This document shows positions 24,520-37,589 of a stretch of DNA of 64,000 nt, piece by piece. The notes beneath the pieces were generated by a model. It was given only the letters and a program-made list of their open reading frames with translations, was not told the origin of the DNA and made no database searches. The stretch is from Trichosphaerium sp. ATCC 40318 (taxonomy: Eukaryota; Protista; Tubulinea): NCBI GenBank assembly GCA_038496445.1, contig JALMLS010000453.1:1-64000 (forward strand), given 5' to 3'. The translations under genes were made by a program, and so were the position numbers. Within the stretch, counting starts at the first letter, position 1. Each line of letters opens with the position of its first letter.

Positions 24520-24894
24520 ATGAATAGAATGGGGTTAACGCCTAAGGAGCAGCAACAAAACAGAATGCGCGTGTTAGCTAAATTGCAAAAGCAAGAACAA
24601 GAGGCAGAACGCCGTCGACATGCGTCATTTAAATCGTACGTACAATTTAACCGCGTTTAGCTCGTTGTTTCACTCACTTTTTGTAGATCAGTTCAACCTT
24701 CAGCAAAGGCCGCCTGGACCCAGCAATACTCTAATTCTAGCCATAACAAGACCAAACAGATGAACGCTGAGTCACGCAGAGATCTTCAAGCAGCACGACA
24801 GTCAGACTTCGGATATTACGTCGGCGTGTGCTCAGAATACGGTAATTCGATAATACCGGTGATTCCAAGGGCAAAGGTTCCTCATACCGAGTAG
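24520..24894 (+). CDS. INIP: SOSS complex subunit C
   Basis: NRMRVLAKLQKQ and FGYYVGVCSEYGNSIIPVIPR parallel the SOSS-C motifs NRVAILAEL and GYFITQDSAFGNLILPVLPR; one intron. Confidence 0.8.
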
Positions 24895-25625
24895 AGCCAT
24901 TAATTCGCTTGCAATAATGTAAATCATGTACAACAGTGACAATAGACGCATTTATCGCTAAGCTAATTAACAGATAATTTGTAATAAATGTTTTCTTGTT
25001 TTAAAAACCACCAAGGCGCTGTTTGTATCTCCAACAAACAAACTAGACACTTCACAGGAATTATTTATTTTTGTTTTCAACAAAAAAAAAACGGTTAAAA
25101 TTTCAAGCAGTCAAATTTTGGTCTCATCTGTGTAGCAATCAAGAAGCACGTGATAAACAACATTAATTTTGAAAAAGGTTTGCCAATAGGGACTACAAAG
25201 ATACGTGTTGGTTAGTATCTGACTGGTTTGTAACAAATAGCTAGCAACCGTTGAGAATGTCCCAGGCTGCCGAATTTTCCTCTCACAAGCATAGAGTTGT
25301 AGTACCAAATCCGAGTACTTATTTATTGCCTGTCTGCTGATCAACAGTACTACCAGAGGTAATACAGCGCCTATTGACGCAACACCAACAGTAGTCAAAA
25401 CGATTTCCTTGCTACAGTTAGTTGACATTGCGTAATTTTCAAAACGACTCAAGCCAAAAAAAACTCAAGTTGTACACGACTTCCCCACGGCGATGACTGA
25501 ATATAATATTATAAAATGACGATGATCTAGCTTTAGGTAAACTGATTGTTTCTAACGAAAAAAAATTAGGGCTGCTAGGGTTGTAGTGACCTTAGGTCGA
25601 AGCATATTTATTGATGTAAACCTCA

Positions 25626-26377
25626 CTAAAACTTTGTGTAATCGTGCGCTTTTACAATACTCTCAGGTAGCCATGTCTCGTGAATATGAATAATCTGAAA
25701 GCCTTCAAAGTGAAATAAATAAGTACGAAGAGAGATGAAACCAAAAAGAATTCAAAAAAAAAAGTGCTCAAGGCTAAACGTACCATGTTCTGGATGCTTT
25801 TTAAGCAACATTGATGTTGTCCTTCCGTTCTGAGCTGCAGAGTTTTTTGCTCCTTTCTGGAATTCGTTATACGTGACCAAATGGAGTGTGTCACTGAGTT
25901 CCTTGACCTCTATATTGACGACTAAACGTTGTAAGAGAGGATTTGAGGTTTCACGTTGAAAAGTTTTTGGCATGTCTGCTTTGTCCAGCTTACCTTGAAT
26001 TTTGAAGTCCTTGTTCTTTCCATAAGCGCTTGAGAGCATATTGTCAAGATCTTTGTATCCGCCAGTAAATCCGCCAGGGAAAATGTACTTAAACTCCTCC
26101 GCCGTTGCTGCCATTACTACCTTTTGTAGTGAAGCCTATATACGGTAAGCAACGTAACGGTTTATGACGTTTTTGGCGTGATGTTGGCTAAAACGCTCTA
26201 AAATCGTACTTTTTGTGCTTCATCGCCACCCCATGCACCATTATACCATTTAGTGAAGAAAACGTGAAGATCAACAATGAACTTTCCTGAAGGGTGAGCT
26301 GGTACGTTATTATTACCACATTCCAAGTATTCCTTTGTATTTAACCATTGTGAGGCTGCTTTAGTAAACTCTGTCAT
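25626..26377 (-). CDS. SnoaL/NTF2-fold protein (DUF4440 or sucrose-phosphatase C-terminal-like)
   Basis: 3 exons; IVDLHVFFTKWYNG, FKYIFPGG, LVTYNEFQ, RTTSMLL, IIHIHETWL. Confidence 0.7.
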
Positions 26378-26448
26378 GCCGCTTTGTTTATTTTTGGTTT
26401 GATTGCTAGCATGACTTAACAATATGGAATTCAATATTTAAGCCAAAC

Positions 26449-28759
26449 TTACTTTTTTACAATAAAATCACCAGAGTAGGTCAATAATCTACCCAATACT
26501 GGTAAATCGATCCTACCATTAAACTTCCATCCGTCAGGCGTAAATTCCTCTTCCCAGGATGACGTTGGAGATAAGAATTTAGGAAGAGTGATCCCAAGGA
26601 ACGCTGTGCTTATACTTACATAGTGTATAGCCTTGGATGTTACGTTAATGTCATATGTGAACGTTAAACCATTTGACGCTTCAGATAGTTTTTTCTCATC
26701 GCCAACAGCTCTAGAAGCCATCTGGGAGCTATAATTATCATCTCCAAACCATCTTGTCCAAGTTTGGGTTCTACGACCATCTGTATCGATACTCTTTACA
26801 CTAGCTTTGAATGGAACATCTTTACAATCTCTAGGAGTACCAGCAATTCTACCAATAACGTTGGTGATCTGATTGCCACTAAAGCAAACAATTAAATCAC
26901 AAAATGTTGTACTCAATTTCAAAGTAACTACCTTGAGAATGAACAAATCCCAGTGCCACTACCCTCTTTAGCACTTCTAAAATTTCTAACGTGTGTAGGA
27001 AGATCTTTTAATTTATCACCAAATATCTCATCCCACAATGAATAATCTTCTCGTAATAGCGGACTAACACAAAGACTTTAACATACGATTCCTTTCAAGA
27101 AAGCAGTGGGTATTTTCTCTAAAATGTTATCACGTGCCGCGGTGCAAAGTTACCTCCCAATGAGTAATTCACAACTACTTCGAACACACGTGATCTAATG
27201 AAGTCTGGTACGATAGACATTGCAAAATCTCGATAAGGAGCAGCACTACCAAGCTGACCTAAACGACAGGTGAACACAAAACTCAAATCTTGTTTAAATT
27301 ATACCTGTCCATGCTACACAATCAGCTAGCCATTGTACTGTTTTCGCACGTGACATTCTTGCATTTTGAAACTCAGCAAACGCTTTAGGCAAATCATTGC
27401 TGTGTTTTTGAATACAATGACCTAATTCAAGAGCGTCTTCAATAGCCAATCCAGCACCTATGCGAGCATCCTTTAGTTATTTACTACAAGTCACAACCCA
27501 TTAATATACCTTGAGCTAAATTAGGGGCTGTTGCATGGACAGCATCACCCATGAGAACAACCTACGTGACTTAGTTTATGAATAATTTGTCACTACTTAC
27601 TTTTTTCCTATCATGCCACAATGACGGTGTTGGCAATTTCGAAATGTCAGTACGCATTATATCCGCCAAAGGCGTTTTTTTAATTAATTCAGCAATAGGA
27701 GAATGCCTGATATGGTATTAGATCGCTTGAAAAGAAGTCTCAAAACCACAAAAAGACAAACAAACCATTTCCCAAAATGTTCCATCAAATCTTCTTTTAC
27801 TGTATCTGAAGTAGCTCCTTCAGGTGCAGGAAATGCCGTAAACCAAAAAACCTGAAGAAGGAGGTTAACAAAAAAGTCTTCACTGTGTTTGTTTACCTCT
27901 GGTTTCTTCAGTGGTACATATCCGAAGCGTTTTCTGAAACCCCAAGACTCAAAGCTGGCTCGACATTGTTCAAATTCTTCATCAGACACTTTTACTGTAG
28001 CTCTGTAGTATGTGTAGCCACAATAACGTGGTTTAAGTTCTGGGAATAACTAAATAGTCGTTATGCAGTAATACAAATACTTCCAGTCAAACCTGTTTAC
28101 GAACTGGAGAGTGAATGCCGTCTGCACCAATAAGGAAATCACCTTCTGAAGATGAACCATCTTTAAATTTTACAACTACACTGTCATCTTTTTTATACTC
28201 AACTGCGTCAAACTCTGCATTCATGACTATCTCTACATCTTTGTATGACTTCAGTCCATTCAAAAGAACATTATGTAGATCCTGTCTATGCAAGCATAGG
28301 ACTGGAAAACGTTCATGAAAATCTTTTTTTGGCTTTGCAAGAATCGACCCAGATGTTGATTTGTATGAAGGATCTTTAAGGATTGAACCGACTTTCAAGA
28401 ACTCAGAACGTAGTCTAAGCTCTCTGAAGCATAACAGAGAATTTTTCCACAAACCTATGCCACTTCCGACGTGTTCTTAAAAAACGGTTAATAGCGCCTA
28501 GTTTTGGCATTTTTACGCCGTTTATAGCGCCGTGGGCCTGTAGAAAACCGTTTACGTACTCTTAAACGAAGTTTGCCTTTCATACACTTTTACTTTGTGT
28601 CCTGTTGCTGCAAGCGCATTTGCAGCCGTTAGGCCGCCTTTAAGACATTTTAACGACTGTTAATACTAAAACAACCTTACCTATGCCCCCACCAACGATT
28701 ATAGCACTGTGTATATTGTATTAGTACAATAGAACTCAGATTGACAAATCGTACCGCAT
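26449..28759 (-). CDS. FAD-dependent monooxygenase fused to a C-terminal DUF4166-like domain
   Basis: MRAIIVGGGIGG, LIGADGIHSPVR, VLMGDAVHATAPNLAQGAGLAIEDA; C-terminal WTRWFG...FLGITLPKFLSP...LPVLGRLLTYSG. Confidence 0.88.
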
Positions 28760-29178
28760 TGTGACACCAATACAATCTAGAAAAAGTGAGTTTACACCAA
28801 AAAAAAAAAATTCTTCTGTGAATTGTTTTTTGGTCGACTTGTTGGATAACTTCAAGTTTAAGATTGATCAAAACAATATGCCAAATGTATTTCAAAATCA
28901 CGTGAACAAACATCGTAGTTTGGATATGAATGAAAAGCACTGTTTTACACAAGCATTGCAGCACGTTCACCACTTTTCTCTGCTTTTTGGTAACTGAGAA
29001 AGGTATTAGCATCAGCAATGGACAATTAAACAACATACAATCACGATGTGTTATCACAGATTACTACAGCACATTCCTCAAATACTAAAAATGAGAACCG
29101 TTCAAAGAAACGTTTGACGGTAAACATATTTCATTTGCTGAAGATTACTTACACAGTATTAATAGCAAGAAAGAAACA

Positions 29179-30056
29179 ATGGCAGAGAGGCATCACAATA
29201 GCTATTGCTTTGCCTTGGTTGTAGTACAACACCCTGTGCGCATTTTGAAAGAATAGCTTGTTTTACAAAGCTTAAAACCACTGTAAAACATTCGTAACGG
29301 TTATTAGAAGACAAAGAAGTTCTTACTGGTCAACGAAACGCGCAATAGAGGATGGTGGTTGCCAGGTGGCTGTACGCTTTCATTTCCTTCCAAATCATCT
29401 CCTAACAGAGTAATTAGCGGTTGACAAAGGAGAAACGTAACGTTACATTCTTTTTAGCCATTAAACTCAAATCAATAGGTTCCCTTACGCTGCTGTACGC
29501 GAAACAGAAGAGGAAGGCGGAATGAAAGTCGAATTGAAGGGTACTATGCGCCAATAATCTCAAAACCAATTAACACCTTCAATAGGCATTCTAAGGGTAG
29601 AAAGAACGGCAGAGCGCTCTGGTACAGATCATACAAGGATGAGGTGAGTCAGGACACATTATCTCTGCTGTGTTGTCTCATACTACCCCTAGAGTAATAT
29701 ACTACGCTGAGCCTATCGATTTGGATGCACCTATAAAGACAACAGAGGACGAACACTCAATAGAATCAAGGTCTCACTTAATTTTTACTTTCTTCTCTCA
29801 TGTTCTAGGATCATCCTATTAAACTGCTTTTATAGATGGGTCACTGTTGATGATTTAAGTAAATTAAGACAAAGAGGAAACGAGCCATTAGATTGGTTCA
29901 CCTATGTTAGTAATGGAGGACCAGTACGTGCACTAGAGTTCCAACACTACCGTTACATTTGTTGACTTTTTTCCTTAGGTTTACCCTCTATCTCTTTATA
30001 CAATAGAAGGATTTCCGCCACCAACGAAAAAGGAAATAGCGAAGATGAAGAAGTGA
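29179..30056 (+). CDS. Nudix hydrolase (NUDT18-like)
   Basis: Spliced WWLPGGSVDKGETFPYAAVRETEEEGG Nudix box; 6 introns; absent from the ORF track. Confidence 0.88.
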
Positions 30057-30397
30057 TTATTAAACTCGAATGTGACAATGCGTGTTCCCAGAAAGTCAAT
30101 AAACTGAAATTTTCGTAACTACTTTAGCATTGAATTGCTGCCTCGGTGGTTGAATAGTTTTATCTGGAACACTGGCGAGCATTGTTGAATACATGCTACT
30201 GTAACGGTCAAATTAAGTAAAAAATCACGTGAGACTTACCTAACTCGCTACTCATTATCTTTTACCAACCTAACATTACTACAAGGAAACTTCTTCTTTT
30301 CGAGCAACCTCGTGGTGAAAAACGACAAGTCACGAGAAAACACGCTTAACTTTCTTTTTTTGCTGCGAACCTTAACAGCTTATCCAACTGTAGACAG

Positions 30398-31717
30398 ATG
30401 TACCAAGTTGCTCTTTTTCTGTTTATCGTCACTATTGGCTCGTCATTACAACAAATAACTCACGTACTAGCCTCTGTAGATTTTAATAATGCACCAGCAG
30501 TTTGCGAAGCAATGCACGTTGAATCCCTTTATGTTTTTTTTATTTTTCCTCGTGTAAGATACAACAGTTGTTATTTTTCACCTGTGGCAATCTTTTGATA
30601 TAAACACACCTCTCAGGCGTGTTCACACATGATCGCGCACGTGTACTTTTAAAACCCGCTTGATTTTTTTAGGCTCGCTTGATTCTTATTCATACTATCC
30701 CTAGGGGCTTGGTTATAGCAGAAATCCTCACAGATGCAGATTACAACGAGGCTTTTGCAGCGTGCTCTGATTGTGAAGGATGGGTTAACGGTAGAAGACC
30801 TATTGGCTCTGGTATTGAAGAAAACTTCAGGTAATTACCTATGTGTGTTGTCTAATATCAACCCTATTCAAGGTGTTTCGCATGTCGTGCTAATCCCACA
30901 GACCAATTTGATTGCCCTGATTGTATTGTTAATCTCGACACGTATGTTTGGCAACGTAGTAGACTGAGGTTAAGAGAGACACCTCTCTTCAAAGACATTG
31001 TTAAGTGTGTGCGTCAAAGTTCTATAAAAATCCTAGTGCCACACAAGTTCCTTGCTAAACAACCTATGTAAGCCATTGACTAACCCTCTTGGTGCCAATG
31101 TTATGGACTACCTTAACAGATACTATGGCATTGGAGATCCAACTATGATAGACTCGAGTACTGGTAACCTTGAAGAGTGTCTTCAGATTATCAATTTTCC
31201 AAACGCACCTGACGGTCCGTTTGTATTTATGAACGATAGAAATTGTGACATTCAAATGGGAGTTTATTGTCGTACGTATTTCTTGCGTGCAGATTGAAAA
31301 GAAATGGAGTTTCTCAAGCGAGACAACAAATCCAGAATATTTTGGGTTTTTAGTGTTTTGAAATCATCAACAGCTAATGGTCTTTGCAGAACCGCCACCA
31401 GCACTGATGTGTAACGTGTAAGTATATCTTGCAAAAAATATACTGATTTTATTCTTGTTTGCTAACCTGTTTATGACAAGACCAAGTATTATGGATAGCA
31501 TTCAAAGAGATATGGAACGTAGACTTCTTCTAGGAACTGTATGAAGTACAACAAAAAAATACCTGCTTCCAGAGATATTCTAATTAAACTATATTTACTA
31601 TTCTTTACCCTATTGGCACTGTAAAAATCTCAGGAACAACTAATGTGTTGTTATTGCCAATTTAGATACAACCCAAGCAAAAGATTTTCAGAAAATTTTA
31701 AGATAGACTCTTTTTGA
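30398..31717 (+). CDS. Secreted C-type-lectin-like protein
   Basis: Signal peptide; APAVCEAMGLVIAEI, YWLW, YVW, ECLQI, MNDRNCD..GVYC. The 3' exons are less certain. Confidence 0.7.
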
Positions 31718-31738
31718 TAGTTCTTTTTTATTGTTTAT

Positions 31739-34029
31739 TTAAGCCATGGATGCTTTAAGGCTATCCAATAATTCTTGTGAACAAGCACTTGGTGAGCGCA
31801 TATTCATAGTATATGTGCACTTTTCAGGTTCCTCAACAGATAAAATTTCGTAGTCAGCACCGCAAGACAATGTAACCTAAAAAGAAAGATATCAGAATGA
31901 GGTTAACGTTTTTGGGGTTTTTTGGTGTCACGTGATCATACCTTCATGGAGCGTGCAGGTCCTTGCCAGCATGATTGTCCACCACCGAAAACCATTACAC
32001 TATGTTCATTTTCCCAGCCAGAGAAGGTACTAAAGAGGAAATCAATACCAGTTAAAATAAGAACAGGACTGAAATCTAAAATAAAAAATCCTTCGCACCC
32101 AAGCTTGACATGACTGCCACCACGCTGAAATACATCCTTGAATCCAGTAACCTCATAGGTATATTCACTAGTCTTATACTCAACCTTTCTTTCCCAGAGA
32201 CCATAATGTTCACCATTGTCTCCGAAATCCTACAACAAGTCAACAGTGTTATTTGCAGTATTTGCTTACAATAGTCAAAAACTTTTTGGCGTCTTCGACC
32301 TTCTTCTTTTTATCATAAACCAATGCATCAGCAGCAGTACACTCCTTATCAATAGCTTCTTTTTCTATATTTCATATTAGTCTAAGTCAATAAAGGCCAA
32401 CATAAACTGAGCAACTCGAATTGTAAAGCAAAACTAAAACAATTCAAATTATGGGTTTTTGCCTTTTTGTTTTTTGTCTAGTGATGGGTTTGAAGGGGTG
32501 CTTTTTCGTTTTGTTGTTGATGCTGAGGTAGTTGACTTCGCCTCTGGCGGTGTGTCTACAAACCAGCTTTGTATAAAATCGAAAATGAGAGCGATGGGGT
32601 TATGAAGGTGTTTAAGCGTAATTTCAACTGAGTTTTCCCCTTAAAAAAAAATTACACGATTTGCTGACCCACAGGCAAAAACAACATAATTTGAGTGATG
32701 AACGTGTAATTAAATATATCACATTCAAGAACAAAAGATAATTTTAGATGAACATTTAGTAATAACGTCATGTCCAAACAGAAAAAAAAAAGAAAAAGAA
32801 AAATCAAAGAAATCTTTCTGTCATCATGCCTTCTCTTTTTTGAGTTAGTTGAGGATCTTCTGGATCTTCTTCCTCCTCTTCTTCAGGTTCAGCATCGCCT
32901 TCTTCCTCTATAAAAAAGGTCAAAGGGGGAAGACAAAGTAAGAGAAATAAGAGATTCGTCCTCACCTTCTGTTTCACCATACTGGTTTTCTACAACTTCA
33001 TCCTCAACTCTATCATCATCTCCGGTTTCTTCTACAGGTTCTTCAACTGGTTCAGGTTCAAGCTCTTCCTTGAGACTATTGTATTCATTTGTGATTACAT
33101 CTCTCTCTTCTTTAAGCTTAGCTGCCTTATCTTCTAATTCTGCTAGTTCTTTTTCAAGTACATCTATTTCTTGACCCTTGCCGTCTTTAACGGCCTTATA
33201 ATCGGCGATATACTGAGCTCTAAAGGGGAAAAAAGTCGTCAGCAACAAGAAAGAAGGTTGGCATAAAAAATCAAAAAAAAAAAGAAAAGAAGAACCGTCT
33301 GCGACTTCTGATGGCCATACCTTGTCACTATACCCTTCTTGCAGCTTTCTATTTGTTCTAGTGTATCCTTGTACGCTTCTTGAGCCTTTTGTTTACAAGT
33401 ATCTTCACATTTAGTGGAGCTTTGAGCCTCATCAGAGCCGTCACAACAATCTATAAGATTGTCACTACTAAACTCTATGTGTGATGATGAACGTACCGCA
33501 AATGCCATCGTTAACCCAAGATGAAGGAATTGAAGTGCCTTTAAACCCTTTGTTGGCGCAATAGAAGCTACCATTTGGACATGCCGAAGTACCTTTAAAA
33601 GATGATTGTATTAGCGATTATGAGAGCGGATACGCTTAGTTGAGGGGTTTTGGCGGTATTCAAAAAAGTGGTGAGTCACTAACTGTTAAAAGGTGTCTAT
33701 AACGTTAAAACAACAAAAGCGTTCACTCACGACATGTGAAGTGCGTTTTGTCAATGGCAATAAAATTATTAGTTTAATTGACGTACCAGGTTCATCGGAA
33801 CCATCAGCGCAGTCACAGTAGTCGTCATTTACTTGTGAAGCTGGAATAGACTTCCCATCTCCACATTTAAAATTATCGCCGGAATAGCGGCTTAGCTCTA
33901 TAACAGTGCGTAAGCAACAATTATTAAAGGATAAAAAAGCGTACGATCAGGAGCTACGCCAAAAGTAGCATCCAGGGCTAGTACCGATGCGATAAGAAGA
34001 ATGGCTACAAAAACAACGCTTGACCTCAT
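31739..34029 (-). CDS. PRKCSH: Glucosidase II beta subunit
   Basis: Signal, [30 protein letters not shown], acidic stretch, MRH domain ([11 protein letters not shown]...VEEPEKCTY...SPSAC). Confidence 0.93.
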
Positions 34030-34257
34030 GTTTTAATCGCGTTTTTACTCTTCAAAAAGCACTAATTTAAGTCAGCAAACCAAAAAAGCAGAAAAAAAAG
34101 TCAACTCGTCTTCCACTACCACAAGTATTTCATATACAAAACGTACACTTGCGATACTATTCACAGTAATAAATAGATTTACAGGCTAATACTTACTAAG
34201 CACGTGATTGTCAGTCACAAAAATAAAAACAAGCGGCAGGTGTTTGTAAAAATTCTT

Positions 34258-35617
34258 TTACTTTATTGCAATAAAACAATTGACTTCATAACCATACACC
34301 TTTCCTGAGGAGCGATATTCCTCGACTGCAGCAACCATAGCTTTTGTGAACTTCGCTTTTGTTGCATCATCGAGCTTTGAATACATTGCTTTAAGACGAG
34401 GTGAGTCTTCAAAGTTCTTCATAATGTCTTTAGCATCCGTCAAGACTACAGGATTTACCTACACGGAATTTTCTGTTTAGTAAAAGGAAGGGTATAATGA
34501 AGGCAAATCACGAATCAGTGTAATGTGATAGGTAAACAACATAAACTGATTAAAGAGGAAAAAAGTAAAAAAAACATACACCAGCCCAAGGAAGTACATA
34601 TTCGAATCCAGCATCCTTAATCATTTGTCTAGTTTTTTGGATATCGCTTAAATGAAATGGAGAGTATCCTGTGCCAGAAGACTTTGCAGTTTCAATGCCA
34701 AGATCTTGCATTATTTTGCCTTTAAACAAAGTCAACTTTTTTTAAAGAAAAGAATAACGAATGACATTATTGACTTACCAGCAAGTGTGAACTGAGGGCT
34801 AAACTCACGTCTTCCCCATACAGAAAATGCTGCCATACCACCTTTCTTAAGAACTCTGAATGACTCGGCCACCATTTTTTGTGGGTTTGGTACGAGATGC
34901 AAAATAAAGTTTGCAGAGTACCTATAAAAAAAAACCATAAGTCACATGTCAACTCAACAATATTATAGTCCAAAACAACCGTATTAACTCCACTTAAAAC
35001 ATCATTAAGAGCACTAAGCATACCTGTCAAAGGTTTCATCACCGTAAGCGCTCAAGTCCTCAGCGTTTACTTTAGCATAAGTGATATCTCTTTTGGCGTT
35101 CTACAAAAAAAATTTCGTAAGGAGAAACGTTTCTGTTGTGGGGTTTGTGATGTACCTTGTTTAGCTCTTTTGTCATGTCAAGCATGGCTTGTGTTAGATC
35201 AGTTACTGTGAGGGTTGTTGTTGGAGGAAGGAAGCTGTGTATTTGTTAACGGCTGTGATTATAAAATACGTTTTAAACACATTACCTGAGTAGTAGCTCT
35301 GTCTCAAGGCCCGTTCCGCAACCAATTTGAAGATAATTGGTGCTATTTTCTAAACTCACTCAGAACGGTTTTATTGTAAGGCGTACCGAGTTTCATTTGC
35401 GTGAAGAGCTGAAAAGCAACGGTTCTAGTTTGTTTTGAAGCCATCGAGTGAAATCCACTAGCAAAGCTTGTCCAATAGGTTCTATAACGTTTAGATACCT
35501 CTAAAAGTAAGAATACCGTACTCTAAATGTTTAATCTTCTTAGCGTTATCTAATACGCGTATAAGTAACGCACATTCATTGGTAAGAGATAACAGTACCT
35601 GTTGCTGCGTCTGTCAT
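34258..35617 (-). CDS. Class I SAM-dependent methyltransferase (UbiE/Methyltransf_11-like)
   Basis: IFEIGCGTG, FDRYSANFILHLVPNP..MVAESFRVLKKGG.AAFSVW. Confidence 0.85.
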
Positions 35618-36648
35618 GTTGAAAGCTACTTTGTAATGAAAACGAACCTCAAAAAGCGGGCAAATTTTTCCCTTTTAAAAACAAACATCGTTTGAGCCTG
35701 TTGTTTGTTCTGTGTCGCGTGCGTGTTTGTTTTATGAATTTTGATTGCGCTGAAGAAAATACGAGCGGATTAAAAAGTATGCCCGGCACACGTGACCGGT
35801 CAAAAACTGTTGATTCGATTTGGAACGATTATCTTCTCCTTGAGATTTACTTCATCCGAACAAAAGTCGTTTTTCAAAGCGCAGTTCAACGTGTTTTTTG
35901 GGTTGTAAGTAATAAATGTGTACACTGCCAGTAGTCATTTATGCGCAACAATACTCGTCTGGTCTGTTTCAGAACCTTCATTTCGAGTCACACTGGCGCA
36001 CTAATTCTGTTTTTGAGCTGAGTAGTGTTTTCTTGTTTACTAGTGCACTTGAACTTAGAGATTTGTTTCAAATGTCATTAGGAAACAAGTCTTTTTCACA
36101 CTTTGACATTCAACTCCATGGAAGTACGAAGAATGGAAAATCAAAAGATATCTCGATAAGTTTTTGCGCATGTAATGGATGATTGAATAAAAACAAGTAA
36201 TATACCTAATTCGTTTTAAAACTTCCTTTTATGAAGGTAAACCTACTATTTGAAACTCGTGAATTAGTGAACAGCATTAGTTTACGTGCAATCGAAGTAC
36301 TCGAACGCTAAATTTAAAGTAACGCCTAAATTATAGTCTATTGAGATACCCTACGCGTAGAAACAAAGGCTAGACGTTTTAGAAACCTGCGGAACTAGTT
36401 GACTCTTTTTGTTTTCGAAAACGATGTCAAAAGCACCGCTAAACAACATAGCTGCTAGCAGAGGGAAACCAAGCTCAATTCCGGAAAAGCACTAGCAGTT
36501 TACAAAAAAGCCAAAAAAAACCCAGCTGTAATTCTTCTCTTGTGTTATGCCAACCACATGGAGTCCTTAGCAAAATACTTCAGACTTCGACCTTCCTATT
36601 CAGTAATCAACTTAACCTTTTTTAAAAATCTCTAAAACACTAAGACGT

Positions 36649-37317
36649 ATGCAACTTCTCTTGCTACTTCTAGCGTGTGTATGCTTATGCGCTGCATGGG
36701 GCAGCTCAAACTATGGAAGCTCAGGCTATGGAAGGTCTCGCACACAATGGAAACCCCGCTCATCCTATGTACCTAAACGACCTGCACAACGTTCATCTTA
36801 CAAGGCTCGCGAACCTTTACGGTGGGGAGATTTCGACAAGTCTGAACCACGCGAAACACGCTTTATCTATAGAACAAGACAACCTCCACCTCCACCTCGT
36901 GGCTTAAACGATTACGAAGAAGACTCAAGGAGTTACTACGGCCCTTCCAGCTTTGTAAACACATACTTGCGTAAGACTGCCAATATGGACCAATGCCCTG
37001 CAGATAAAACACGCTTAAGACATCAACACGTAATGAAAGCCACCTGTAAGCATGACAAAACCAGACCTGCTTCAGAATGTAGAGCATGTGATGCGAATCA
37101 TAAGCCAGAAAATATTCGTTACGGTGGTTGTGTGCAAGCTAATGTTGATTGCCACTACAAGCACGTTGTACCAAAGAAACATGGTAAATTTTTTTACCTT
37201 GCTATTAAAGACAACCATGATTGTGCTGTTAATGTTTGGTACAACTGCAGAAAATCATCCACCAGTGGAGGTAGCAGTGGAAAAGGCGGCAGAGGCGGCA
37301 GAGGCGGAGGCCACTAA
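36649..37317 (+). CDS. Secreted orphan protein: G/S/Y/R-rich N-terminus, 8-Cys domain, GGR tail
   Basis: Intronless 222-aa ORF with a signal peptide. Confidence 0.8.
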   Translation: MQLLLLLLACVCLCAAWGSSNYGSSGYGRSRTQWKPRSSYVPKRPAQRSSYKAREPLRWGDFDKSEPRETRFIYRTRQPPPPPRGLNDYEEDSRSYYGPSSFVNTYLRKTANMDQCPADKTRLRHQHVMKATCKHDKTRPASECRACDANHKPENIRYGGCVQANVDCHYKHVVPKKHGKFFYLAIKDNHDCAVNVWYNCRKSSTSGGSSGKGGRGGRGGGH

Positions 37318-37589
37318 ACGAAAACAATAACTTGTTTGTCAACCACAATAAAAACTTCACAACAATCGCGTGACATAGTTAATTTACAGAGTGACTTACT
37401 CCTTTCCTACCTGAATTGATTGATTAGAAGATCAAGTGTAGTCGTGTTAGTGTGTTGCTTTTACAGGCTGAAAGAGCCAAGATTACTTTGTAACCAGCTC
37501 ACGGACTGACTAATGCTGATAATATGAGGTACTTAGTACAATCGCCACAAAGTGAATAAACTATTTATATTTTTACACTCACTCCTCAA

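Noticed and set aside
25111-25452. 113-aa minus-strand ORF
   Set aside because: No motif, splice support or composition signal that I can defend.
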